Shown here: piece after piece, positions 32,526-41,215 of the stretch
Layout of the letters: each line of letters starts with the position of its first letter
Position numbering within the stretch: the first letter of the stretch is position 1
DNA from: an uncultured Clostridia bacterium
GTDB taxonomy: Bacteria > Bacillota > Clostridia > Christensenellales > CAG-917
Assembly (NCBI GenBank): GCA_947625225.1
Contig: CANQNQ010000004.1
Coordinates: forward strand, 443-64,442
DNA: 64,000 nucleotides
Direction: 5' to 3'
Notes under the pieces: generated by a model
What the model was told of the DNA's origin: nothing
Databases searched by the model: none
What the model saw: only the letters and a program-made list of their open reading frames with translations
Program-made: the position numbers and the translations under genes

Positions 32526-35500
32526 TCAGCCTTTGGCGCCGGGATCCGCAATTTCGATGGCGGGATTCATTGCGTCGGGCAATGAGGTGCATCCGCTGAA
32601 CGAGTTGTGCGCAACTTTTGCGATGTCAAAATCGTTGAAGTTGGTGGTGGCAAGATTGACGCAGCCCATAAACGCAGAGTCGCCAATGCTTGTCAAATTG
32701 GTGGTCTTATCACCGGATTCTTGCACCGTGACGGAAGTCAGATTGGTCTGACCCCTGAACGCATACTCGCCGATCGCGGTCACTTTGAACTCGATTTCAT
32801 CTCCCGCCTTGATGACGGTCGCGGGGATCACCACGTTGGTGAGGTAGGAGCTTTGGCGCACCACCGTTGCGGTGTGATTTTCAAGGTCAAGCGCGAAGCG
32901 CATCTTGACGATCTGCTCGCCCTCTACAAGCGCTCTGCCCGCAGCCTCGATCGTGCCGTCCGCTTTGGCTATATACTCCGCCACATAGTAGTAGTTGCCA
33001 TCCGTTGCTACGCCTTCTTTATCGCTGTAGACCACGGGCACGGTTTCCGCCTGCGGATACACGTCGTTGGCGCAGTCATCCCACATGTTGTTCCAGCCGG
33101 CGGGCGTTGCCGTCTCTATGAAGTCCACATAGACCGTAAGCGCATAGCAGGTGGCAAACGCTCTGTTGCCTACATGGTCAATTTCCGATGACAGATGTAT
33201 CTCCAGCAAGCTGGTGCAGCGGGAGAACGCGGCGTCGCCTATATAATCCAAATTCTTCAATATGCCGTCGCCCACGCCGAACACATTGCCTACTTCGCCG
33301 ACGAAGATGTCCACAAGCGACTCGCAGCCGTTGAAGCAGCTGTCTTGGATGGACTTAAGCCCTGTGGGCAGCACGATCTGTTTGAGCGCGACGCACTCTC
33401 CAAACGTGGACGCGGCAAGGTCTGTGAGACGGCTGTTTTTGCTGAGGTCGATGGACGTGATGCCGCTCTGACCGAATGCGGACGGGCCAAGCAGAGCAAG
33501 GTTTGTGGACGAAGTGAGGTCCACGGACGTCAGGCTGCTGCATCTTGCAAACGCGCTGTTGCCGATGTCGGTGAGGGAGATGTTCAAGCGGCTGTACACT
33601 CTGGCGCGGTACTCGCTGGCGCTGTCGTACACGATAGCTCTGAATCTCTCCACATTTTCGGATATGCCGCCGTACTGCGGGATAGACTGCTGTTTGCCGT
33701 TCTTCATGAAATACGTGGAAGTCTGCAGATAGATGGAGCTGGGCAGGTACATATACACGTCGCCGTTGGTTGCGGGTTCGGGCATAACAATGCCATCCTT
33801 AAAGCCGACCACTCTGTAAATTACATCGTCAAACTCGTACTCGGACTCCAGCGTGAACACGTAGTGCGTTCTGCCGCTTTCCACAACGGCTTCATACGCC
33901 GTGGCGGGCACGCTGGTCACAATGGCTTCATATACGTCTTTGTCGTCGACTTTGCCCACCGCTTTATCGGAATATTGCTCAAAATTAGCCTTTTCCAGCT
34001 TGGTAACGTCCTTGCCTGTGGCGGTAGTCTCCTGCGCGGTGTAGACGTTTTTGAGATTGACGCAACCCGCAAACGTGAAGTTGCCGATGACCCTTATGTT
34101 GGAGCTGAGATAGACGGTCACCAGATTGGTCAGTCCCGCGAACACGCCCGTGGAAATGTCGCCGTTTTTCTCGCCTATCTGCGTGACGGTGTATGTCTTT
34201 CCGTCAATGGTGCAAGTCTTGGGGACGACCACCGTCCTGACCGTGGACGCCTGCGCAGTAAGCGAAGTCGCCGTTATCTTTGCGGTCTTTGCAACTTCGT
34301 CGAGGGGAACAAACGTGAACAGCGAAGGATCCTCCTGCAACACCACCGAGTATATTACCGAGAATTCAAGCCTCTTGGTCGCCTCGTTGAGGTTGTTGTA
34401 CACAAACTTCGCGCTGTAGAAGCCCAGCAGATCCGTGCTGAGCGCAGAGGCGCCGCGTCCGTTGACCTGCGTGAGGGAGAAGCCGTTGGTGTTGGTGAGG
34501 GCAAGTTGCTGCTCGCTGCCATCCTCCCTTATCATGATGACGCTGAGCCCGGACCTGAACGTGGTAGGATTGCCGTTGAGGGGCACGGAGAACGCTCTCC
34601 TCTGCTCCACTTTTTCATACTTGGGCACTCTGACCATGTAGGCAAAGCTTATCATATAAGTGCCTATGCCGTGGAAGTCGACCTCTATCGTTGCGGTCTT
34701 TGACCTGCCGCCGTTGTCGTCGGTGAAGCTGAGGCCGTCGATGTCGTTGAGGTCGATTGCAATTGAGTGCGTCTTGCCGCTGTAGTCTGAATAATTGAAT
34801 ACAGGTTTCAATTCGCCGGGATCGGAGGACGACCAGAACGTGGGAGTGCCCGAACCCAAAAGGTCGCCCGCGCTGTTTGTATCTCCTTCAAGACCGCTTA
34901 TCCAGAAAGGATATGATACGTTGCCGCCCGATGTCAGCAAATTGGATCTTACAGATTGATTGTTTTTGTTATATTCATTTGACGAATAGAACGATGTGGT
35001 GCCCTCTATCTTACGATAGTCGTACACTTCGATGAGGAATTTACCATCGCCCTCTACATCGCCCTCTACGTTCGTGTTAAATTCCTGTTCCTGATATACA
35101 AATTTCAGCGAGTAGACGCCGCCGAAGTCGTTGTCGCTCACTTTGACCATCTCAAGTTGGTTGCCCACCACGCTGAGAGGCTCGCGGCGCTCCACGCCCG
35201 CATTGCTCTTGACGATCAGCGCGTCCTCGATGACCGCCTCTTTACCGTACTTGTCGAGGAATGCGTTGCCGCCTTCATCGTCTGTGCCGCTCTCGCCCGT
35301 GCGCAACAGTTTTGGGGAGATCTTGGCGCTGTCTATACTGACGGACGCGAGTTTTTCCTCCACAAATCTGTCCTTGTTGAACAAGTACATGTTGTACCAG
35401 GCTTCCGTTACGGCGTCATCACCCGTTATCTTTGCACCGCCTTCGATGGCAGCGAATGCCTCCATGACCGATTTGCGGAAATAGAACTTCAGCTCGGCAT

Positions 35501-38306
35501 TCATCTCGCCGTAGGTGTTGTCAAAGCTGTCGCCGTATATGGCGGGCGCGCCGACCAGCTTGTAGCCGTTTGTCTCGTCGCTCTCCACCTCGATGTTGGA
35601 CAGTATCAACGCCTTGAGGTTGACCGCGCCGCTGAACGCGTTGCTTGCGATCTCTGTCACGTTGCCGCTGAGCAGTATGCTGTTGAGGTTGGTGGCGTAG
35701 TTGTTGAACGCGTACTCCGCGATCGTTATGTCGCCCGTGTTCGGCACGACGACATTGACGTTGGTGGTCTGCGTGCCGTAGAACTCCGTCAAAATGCCGT
35801 TGACCACGGTGAGGCCGCTGTTGACATAGGTGCCTTTGCCCTCGGTGTTGACCTCGCCGCTGTCGTGCTGTATGTATGCTGTGTTGAGGAATGCGTCTCT
35901 GCCAATAACCGTGATCTTGGACGCGTCGTCAAATTTTATGTCGCGTAGCTTCGTGCAGCCCGTGAACGCCATAGGCGCAATTGCCGTGACGTCAAACGAA
36001 ATGCCATCGCTCAAACCTTCGATACGCGGGCGCGTGACTGAAGCGGGAACTTGGAATGAAGTCGCATTCCTGTTGGTCATGCGGTACAGAATGTGTCCGA
36101 TGTAAATTGCGTTGTTGTTGTAGTTGTATTTGTTTGCCGCGCTGAGGAACACGTCGTTGAACGCGTTTTCGCCGATATACGCGATACGGCTATCGACCGG
36201 CATGATCAGCGCCACCAACTTTTCAAGGTCGGAGAACGCGCCGTTTTCTATCCTCTCGATGTTGACAGACAGCTTGAGCTGTTTTAGCTCCTTGGCGTTG
36301 CTGAACGCGCCGCTCATTATGTTGGTCGCGGTGTACAATCTGCTGTTGTATCCGGCCATCAAATCGCCGCCCACGCCGGGCATATTGTCCTGAGTATAGT
36401 AATTTTGCGGGGACAAATCGAGGGTTTCGACTTTCTCGTCGCCGACATACTTGTATATAGTTTTGTTGATGACTATAAACTGTTTGCCGTTGTTCAACGC
36501 CGAATAGTTGTCCTCAAAAGGCGTGCTGCTGAACGCGTTGTTGCCGACGGAGGTTATAGTCTCATTCTCCTCTATACCCGCTATCTCCTTGAGGGCGCTG
36601 CACTGCGCAAACGCTTCCTCGCCTATGGCGGTGAGGTTGGCGGCATGCGTGATGTCCACCTTGGTCAGCGCCTTCATGCTGAGGCAAGCGCGGGGGCCTA
36701 TCTCGGAGATGTTGTGCCAGGCGTCGCCTATCTTCAGCTGAGCGGGGATGATGATCTCGTTGACAGCCTCGCCCGAAGCCTTGTCCAGCCTTATGGAGCC
36801 GTCGGACTTGATGGTGTAGCCATCCTTGAACAGGTATTGCGTGAAGTAGTTGCTCAGCGCTTCCCTGTCGGTTTCCTCCGCGTCGTTATAATCGGACGTC
36901 CAATAGACGTACGCCACGCCGTCGGAAGTCACGTTGTCGGACGTGACAAACTCCTCCGTACATTCGGAGTCCTTGTAAAGCGTGGCGGACGCAAAGATAA
37001 ACGAGGTGCCCTTTGCAAACACCGTGCCCAGTTTGTTGTCATCGCCATAGAAGTCGGAGAACTTCAGCATCACCTTTCTGTCGCCGACGGAGAGCTCGGC
37101 ATAATACTTGTCATAGGACTGGTTGAAGGTGAAGCCGGTGAAAATTATGCGGTTGATGACGTTTTCGGCAGAGCCTGCGCTTGCGACCACGTCAAGTTGG
37201 ATGAGGTTCGCCGCGTCGGAGTCGGACACGTCGGACTGTATGCCTGCGGCAAAACCGCCGCCCATCGTGTACAGCGTAAACGAATAGGTGCGCTCCGTCC
37301 AGCGGGCGTACAGCGTGAAGTCTTCATTGCCCACGGATGAGCGGAAATTCCAGGCGGTGCCGCCCGTCTTCTCGGTGTACCAGCCCACAAAATAGAGCGC
37401 GCTGTACACGTTGAACTTGTTGACTTCGGGCCTTGCGACCCTGCCGACCATTTTTTCTACGGATTGCGAATGCTCCTCGCCGCCCTCTGCAAACAAGGGC
37501 GCTGGATCATTGGCTCCGTCCTTGAGCTCGAGATTGCCTTGGGGGAGATTGAGATCGAAAGTTACAGTGATAACGTTGTGCGTCCAGACGGTATCTATGT
37601 CGCAATCGCTGTCCAGCACAAAGGGGAAGCCCTCGGTCGGGCTGAGAGTGACGGCGGTGCCGTCCTTCTTTTCAACAGTTACGCTTGAAAGCGCGTACGC
37701 GTCGCGGAAAACGCGGAATGTGGAGATAAACTCCTGCCAATCGGTAAATTCATAGCCCTTGTCCACCCTGACAATTGCCTTGCCGTTTTCCACATCCAGC
37801 TCGCCATTGGAGGTGTAACCGCCGTTGAGCGTGATGGTCACGGTCACCCTCTCCAGCTTGCCGCTGTCGTCCTTGAGGTGGATCTTTGTGGTGCCCGACA
37901 CCGTCTCGCCCGAGGTGAGCGTGGTGGAAATGTGTATCTCGTGATGACCGGGTTGCTTCAGTTTGGGTCTATCCTCTTCGGCAACCATCTCCTCAGTCAC
38001 GTTGCCAAGCGGAACTTCGCTGACCGCAACGCCGGACGCGCTGACGTATACCACGGAAAATTCCACATCCGAAATGTCAAACTCGTCAAGGGAGATGCCC
38101 TGAAACACCGAGTTTGCCATCGGGAAGTAAAACTTGAGATACGCAGGAGTGCTCTGCTGCAATGTACCGTTGTTGATTTGTCCGCCGATGTCGTCGGGCA
38201 GATCGTCAATGCTGGTGGGGGTGCGGTTGCACGCCACAAGCGAGATCGCCATAACAACAGCAAGCATAACGATCAAAATCAAACTTACACTGACTTTCTT
38301 TTTCAT
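32526..38306 (-). CDS. Giant (1926 aa) surface lipoprotein with BspA-type leucine-rich repeats
   Basis: ORF trimmed to MKKKVSVSLILIVMLAVVMAISLVAC (signal peptide plus lipobox LVAC) after GGCGGAG. Many LRR_5-like units recur, for example IGNSAFARCSSLTSVDL, IQDSCFNGCESLVDI, IGDAAFSRCTSLLEI and IGEEAFAQCSALKEI. Confidence 0.85.
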   Translation of the reverse strand: MKKKVSVSLILIVMLAVVMAISLVACNRTPTSIDDLPDDIGGQINNGTLQQSTPAYLKFYFPMANSVFQGISLDEFDISDVEFSVVYVSASGVAVSEVPLGNVTEEMVAEEDRPKLKQPGHHEIHISTTLTSGETVSGTTKIHLKDDSGKLERVTVTITLNGGYTSNGELDVENGKAIVRVDKGYEFTDWQEFISTFRVFRDAYALSSVTVEKKDGTAVTLSPTEGFPFVLDSDCDIDTVWTHNVITVTFDLNLPQGNLELKDGANDPAPLFAEGGEEHSQSVEKMVGRVARPEVNKFNVYSALYFVGWYTEKTGGTAWNFRSSVGNEDFTLYARWTERTYSFTLYTMGGGFAAGIQSDVSDSDAANLIQLDVVASAGSAENVINRIIFTGFTFNQSYDKYYAELSVGDRKVMLKFSDFYGDDNKLGTVFAKGTSFIFASATLYKDSECTEEFVTSDNVTSDGVAYVYWTSDYNDAEETDREALSNYFTQYLFKDGYTIKSDGSIRLDKASGEAVNEIIIPAQLKIGDAWHNISEIGPRACLSMKALTKVDITHAANLTAIGEEAFAQCSALKEIAGIEENETITSVGNNAFSSTPFEDNYSALNNGKQFIVINKTIYKYVGDEKVETLDLSPQNYYTQDNMPGVGGDLMAGYNSRLYTATNIMSGAFSNAKELKQLKLSVNIERIENGAFSDLEKLVALIMPVDSRIAYIGENAFNDVFLSAANKYNYNNNAIYIGHILYRMTNRNATSFQVPASVTRPRIEGLSDGISFDVTAIAPMAFTGCTKLRDIKFDDASKITVIGRDAFLNTAYIQHDSGEVNTEGKGTYVNSGLTVVNGILTEFYGTQTTNVNVVVPNTGDITIAEYAFNNYATNLNSILLSGNVTEIASNAFSGAVNLKALILSNIEVESDETNGYKLVGAPAIYGDSFDNTYGEMNAELKFYFRKSVMEAFAAIEGGAKITGDDAVTEAWYNMYLFNKDRFVEEKLASVSIDSAKISPKLLRTGESGTDDEGGNAFLDKYGKEAVIEDALIVKSNAGVERREPLSVVGNQLEMVKVSDNDFGGVYSLKFVYQEQEFNTNVEGDVEGDGKFLIEVYDYRKIEGTTSFYSSNEYNKNNQSVRSNLLTSGGNVSYPFWISGLEGDTNSAGDLLGSGTPTFWSSSDPGELKPVFNYSDYSGKTHSIAIDLNDIDGLSFTDDNGGRSKTATIEVDFHGIGTYMISFAYMVRVPKYEKVEQRRAFSVPLNGNPTTFRSGLSVIMIREDGSEQQLALTNTNGFSLTQVNGRGASALSTDLLGFYSAKFVYNNLNEATKRLEFSVIYSVVLQEDPSLFTFVPLDEVAKTAKITATSLTAQASTVRTVVVPKTCTIDGKTYTVTQIGEKNGDISTGVFAGLTNLVTVYLSSNIRVIGNFTFAGCVNLKNVYTAQETTATGKDVTKLEKANFEQYSDKAVGKVDDKDVYEAIVTSVPATAYEAVVESGRTHYVFTLESEYEFDDVIYRVVGFKDGIVMPEPATNGDVYMYLPSSIYLQTSTYFMKNGKQQSIPQYGGISENVERFRAIVYDSASEYRARVYSRLNISLTDIGNSAFARCSSLTSVDLTSSTNLALLGPSAFGQSGITSIDLSKNSRLTDLAASTFGECVALKQIVLPTGLKSIQDSCFNGCESLVDIFVGEVGNVFGVGDGILKNLDYIGDAAFSRCTSLLEIHLSSEIDHVGNRAFATCYALTVYVDFIETATPAGWNNMWDDCANDVYPQAETVPVVYSDKEGVATDGNYYYVAEYIAKADGTIEAAGRALVEGEQIVKMRFALDLENHTATVVRQSSYLTNVVIPATVIKAGDEIEFKVTAIGEYAFRGQTNLTSVTVQESGDKTTNLTSIGDSAFMGCVNLATTNFNDFDIAKVAHNSFSGCTSLPDAMNPAIEIADPGAKG

Positions 38307-38360
38307 AATTCTCCGCCTTCGCGCGCACGTAAGCACGTGTACGCTACTTATACAAATATA

Positions 38361-38389
38361 ATGATATGATAAAAAAGCCTAAATGTCAA
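38361..38389 (-). promoter_or_regulatory. Sigma-A-type promoter candidate for the giant LRR gene
   Basis: The minus strand reads TTGACA (38389-38384), 17-bp spacer, TATCAT (38366-38361), ~55 nt upstream of the ATG. Confidence 0.4.
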
Positions 38390-38655
38390 TAGAAATATTG
38401 TTTTTACGCCGACTGAAAATTTCGCTTTGCGTTTAAGGCTCCCCACTATCGGGGTCCCCACGGAAATACGAAGTGTTTCTGCGGGGTGAAGTTGGGGAGC
38501 TGTCTGCGAGCAAACGTGCGCAGCAGACTGAAGGGATTGTCCCCAAAGCTGTCCGTTAAACAATTCCCTCAGCCGCCAAAGGCGGCAGCCCCCCTTACTA
38601 AAGTGGGCCTTAAATGGAAAAGAGAATTGGAAAAAAAGAAATTTTTTAACATCTA

Positions 38656-38702
38656 GGGACGGAGCAAAAATGTTAAAAAACTTAACATTTTTGCTCCGTC
38701 CC
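38656..38702. repeat. REP-like palindrome, orphan perfect copy
   Basis: GGGACGGAGCAAAAATGTTAA (38656-38676), a 5-nt loop, then TTAACATTTTTGCTCCGTCCC (38682-38702). The 21-bp arms are perfect and use the same arm sequence as copies A and B near the transposase. Confidence 0.85.
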
Positions 38703-38738
38703 CAAAAGTTAAATTTTCTCCTCTTTGTTGCTTATTCT

Positions 38739-39746
38739 CTACCCTTCAAACACCAACTTTATTATTTCCTTGCAGGTGCGGTCGTTGGCGGCAAAATCCA
38801 TTGCGGAGACAAAATACCTTTCGGCGGCGAGGTGCATCTCGCGCGCTCTGTTCAGCTCCTCGCGGGCGAAGGCGATCTCCACATCTCTGCCGTCCCTCTC
38901 CTCGTCCGCGGCGGGAGTCTGCGCGCAGAAAATATACAAATTTACGTCCTCGAATATCTCTGACGTAAACTGCCCCACGTCGCTTACCACCGCTACGTCG
39001 CCAAGCAGTATGCCCTCCTTCACGGACGGCTCCAAGGCGTTTTGCAGCACCGTGCCGCCGTCAAACAGCGCGCATAGCTGGTCGAAAAACACCCGCCTTG
39101 CCGCGTCCGTGCCACTCACCTTGAATATACGCTTGCCTCTGAGGTGGTCAAAATAGGCGCTTTCGCCGGCGGGACAGATGGCGTTTGCAAACAGCTCGCG
39201 CCGTCTTGACACAGCGCCCGTATCCCCCCTCAGCCGCGAGGCGAACGCCGCCGCAAGACAGCGGACATCCGTGACTTTAAGCCCGACGCTTTCCGACTCC
39301 AATTGATTGTTGAAATGACATAAAGCCGTGTTTAAGTGTTGGTATGCACGCATAAAGTGCGCTTTTTTGCACCTAAGCAGTCCATCTATCTCATCCCGAT
39401 GCGGCGCAAGTTTTGCCGCAGACAGGTTTGCCGCAAGGTCAAAGATATAGTCCTTCATCTTGGGCAGATCCGCTCCGCTGGCGTGCGGCGCGGTGGCGTC
39501 GGTGACGGCGCTGTCCAAGTCCTTGACATACACGCCGTCCAGGCTGTCGGGATCGCCGGAGCAGTACCACAGCTCGTAGTCCATGCCGCGCGACTTTGCC
39601 TCGGCGGCAATACGCTTAAGCAGCGACGACTTGCCCGTACCCGGTCCGCCCTTTAGCAGTACGGAGCGGCTTACCGCCGCAAGCTCCCGCTGATAGTTGC
39701 CGTAAAAGCCGTGCGCGGTGTTGTTGCCCACAAAATATCTTTCCAT
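38739..39746 (-). CDS. P-loop NTPase of unknown function
   Basis: Walker A LLKGGPGTGKSSLLKRI at residues ~30-46. I recognise no other domain. RBS GAGGTG is present. Confidence 0.6.
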   Translation of the reverse strand: MERYFVGNNTAHGFYGNYQRELAAVSRSVLLKGGPGTGKSSLLKRIAAEAKSRGMDYELWYCSGDPDSLDGVYVKDLDSAVTDATAPHASGADLPKMKDYIFDLAANLSAAKLAPHRDEIDGLLRCKKAHFMRAYQHLNTALCHFNNQLESESVGLKVTDVRCLAAAFASRLRGDTGAVSRRRELFANAICPAGESAYFDHLRGKRIFKVSGTDAARRVFFDQLCALFDGGTVLQNALEPSVKEGILLGDVAVVSDVGQFTSEIFEDVNLYIFCAQTPAADEERDGRDVEIAFAREELNRAREMHLAAERYFVSAMDFAANDRTCKEIIKLVFEG

Positions 39747-39836
39747 AAGTCACCTCGCTTTATGCTATGAGCGGTTTTTGAAATTTGGTGAATGAGCGCT
39801 GTCACTCTTTTTTGAGCGGGACGCATAGCATACCGT

Positions 39837-40559
39837 ATGGAAAAGATGTTGACCGTGTATCAATCGGATAAGCGTATGGCATACCTCGCCGACCTGTTGG
39901 ACGCGCGCAAGCTGACACGTCCCCTGTACGTGTACGCGCCAAACATACTTGTTGACGAAGCCGAGACGGCGCAGGCCGCAAACGACAGCGACATAGTGGG
40001 CGGCAAGTTCACGGCGGAGGCGAAAACGCTTGCCCGAAGCCGCGGCATACGGTTATTCAATATGATGGAAAACGAGCGCTTTCAGGCGGTCAACTCCCGC
40101 CTCACCGCGGAGGGCGCTCTTGGCGCGCTTATAGCCCGCAGTCCCAAGTCCGTCCGCGACTGCCGCGTGCTGGTGATGGGCTTCGGGCGGATGGGCGCGG
40201 CGGTGGCAAAACTGTTTGCGGCGCTGAACGTACGCATGGACATAGCCACGTCCTCCGTGCGACCCGCGCACGCGTTTGCCCGGCGCGTTCTGCCCCTTGC
40301 CAACTTCGACTTTGCGCCATATGACGCGGTGGTGAACACCGTGCCGCTGCCCATAGTCCCCGACAGCGACCTTGCCACCTTCAGAAACGGAACGGTCTAT
40401 ATAGACCTCGCCTCGACGGCGGCGATCAACCTCGAATACGCCCGCTATCTGGGCGTGAATGCAGACATATATCCCGCGTTGCCCGCTAAGACCTGCCCGC
40501 TGAGCGCGGCGGAAGCGATGGCGGCATACATCTCGGAGGTGATTCTATGCAAAAATTAG
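39837..40559 (+). CDS. spoVFA: Dipicolinate synthase subunit A (short, 240 aa)
   Basis: The NAD-binding segment VLVMGFGRMGAAVAKLFAALNVRMDI and its position directly upstream of, and overlapping, spoVFB support the call. It is about 55 aa shorter than B. subtilis SpoVFA (297 aa, from memory). Confidence 0.75.
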   Translation: MEKMLTVYQSDKRMAYLADLLDARKLTRPLYVYAPNILVDEAETAQAANDSDIVGGKFTAEAKTLARSRGIRLFNMMENERFQAVNSRLTAEGALGALIARSPKSVRDCRVLVMGFGRMGAAVAKLFAALNVRMDIATSSVRPAHAFARRVLPLANFDFAPYDAVVNTVPLPIVPDSDLATFRNGTVYIDLASTAAINLEYARYLGVNADIYPALPAKTCPLSAAEAMAAYISEVILCKN

Positions 40560-41113
40560 GACTTTGCGTCACAGGCTCCTTCTGCACCCTGAAGAGCATG
40601 CTGACCGCGCTGGACGGCGTATTGGAAGAGGGCTACGACGTCACGCCCATATTCAGCTTCAACGTCGCGTCGCTGGATACCCGCTTCTTCAAACAGGCGG
40701 AATTTGAGCGGATAATAGAGCAAAAAACGGGCAAACGCCCCATCAAAAGCATCGTTGAGGCGGAGCCGCTGGGCACCTCTCGCGGTCTGGACATTATGCT
40801 TGTCGCGCCCTGCACGGGCAACACGCTGGCGAAGCTGGCAAACGGCATAACCGACACGCCCGTAACCATGGCGGTGAAGGCGCACCTGCGCAACAACCGC
40901 CCCGTGGTGCTGTGCGTCGCAAGCAACGACAGCCTCGCCGCCAACGCGCGCAACATAGGTAGGCTGCTCAACGTCAAAAACGTGTACTTTGTGCCCTTTG
41001 GGCAGGACGCGCCCGACAAAAAGCCCAACTCGCTGGTTGCGGATTTTGGGCAGATAGTCCCCACCTTGCGCGCCGCGCTTGAGGGCAAACAGTATCAACC
41101 CGTACTGTTTTAA
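40547..41113 (+). CDS. spoVFB: Dipicolinate synthase subunit B (flavoprotein)
   Basis: LGLCVTGSFCT..., MLVAPCTGNTLAKLANGITD and VASNDSLAANARNIGRLLN. Confidence 0.88.
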   Translation: MQKLGLCVTGSFCTLKSMLTALDGVLEEGYDVTPIFSFNVASLDTRFFKQAEFERIIEQKTGKRPIKSIVEAEPLGTSRGLDIMLVAPCTGNTLAKLANGITDTPVTMAVKAHLRNNRPVVLCVASNDSLAANARNIGRLLNVKNVYFVPFGQDAPDKKPNSLVADFGQIVPTLRAALEGKQYQPVLF

Positions 41114-41131
41114 GTCATCTTTTCCAAAAAC

Positions 41132-41159
41132 AAAAAGCGGCTGTAAAGTCGCTTTTTTT
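41132..41159 (+). terminator. Intrinsic terminator after spoVFB
   Basis: AAAAAGCG, a 10-nt loop, then CGCTTTTTTT. Confidence 0.65.
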
Positions 41160-41183
41160 GCATTATTCATATTTTACATATCA

Positions 41184-41210
41184 AAAACGCGGTCATAAAC
41201 CGCGCCTTTT
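41184..41210 (-). terminator. Intrinsic terminator after rsmA
   Basis: Stem CGCGGT / ACCGCG with a 5-nt loop. The minus strand is followed by TTTTTG. Confidence 0.65.
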
Positions 41211-41215
41211 GTTGT

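Noticed and set aside
33195-37340. Several long plus-strand ORFs (502, 311, 263 aa and others) inside the giant gene
   Set aside because: All are antisense to the continuous 1926-codon LRR lipoprotein frame. They show a repetitive R/V/G/A-rich antisense composition.
38337-38655. c-di-GMP riboswitch (class I or II) upstream of the giant surface protein gene
   Set aside because: I looked for the GEMM-I (ACGCACAGGGCAAACC ... GGGACGCAAAGCC) and class II (UUGGGCAC ... GUGCAACC) signatures. Only a short ACGCAAAGC word is present. The best promoter candidate also lies downstream of the structured block.
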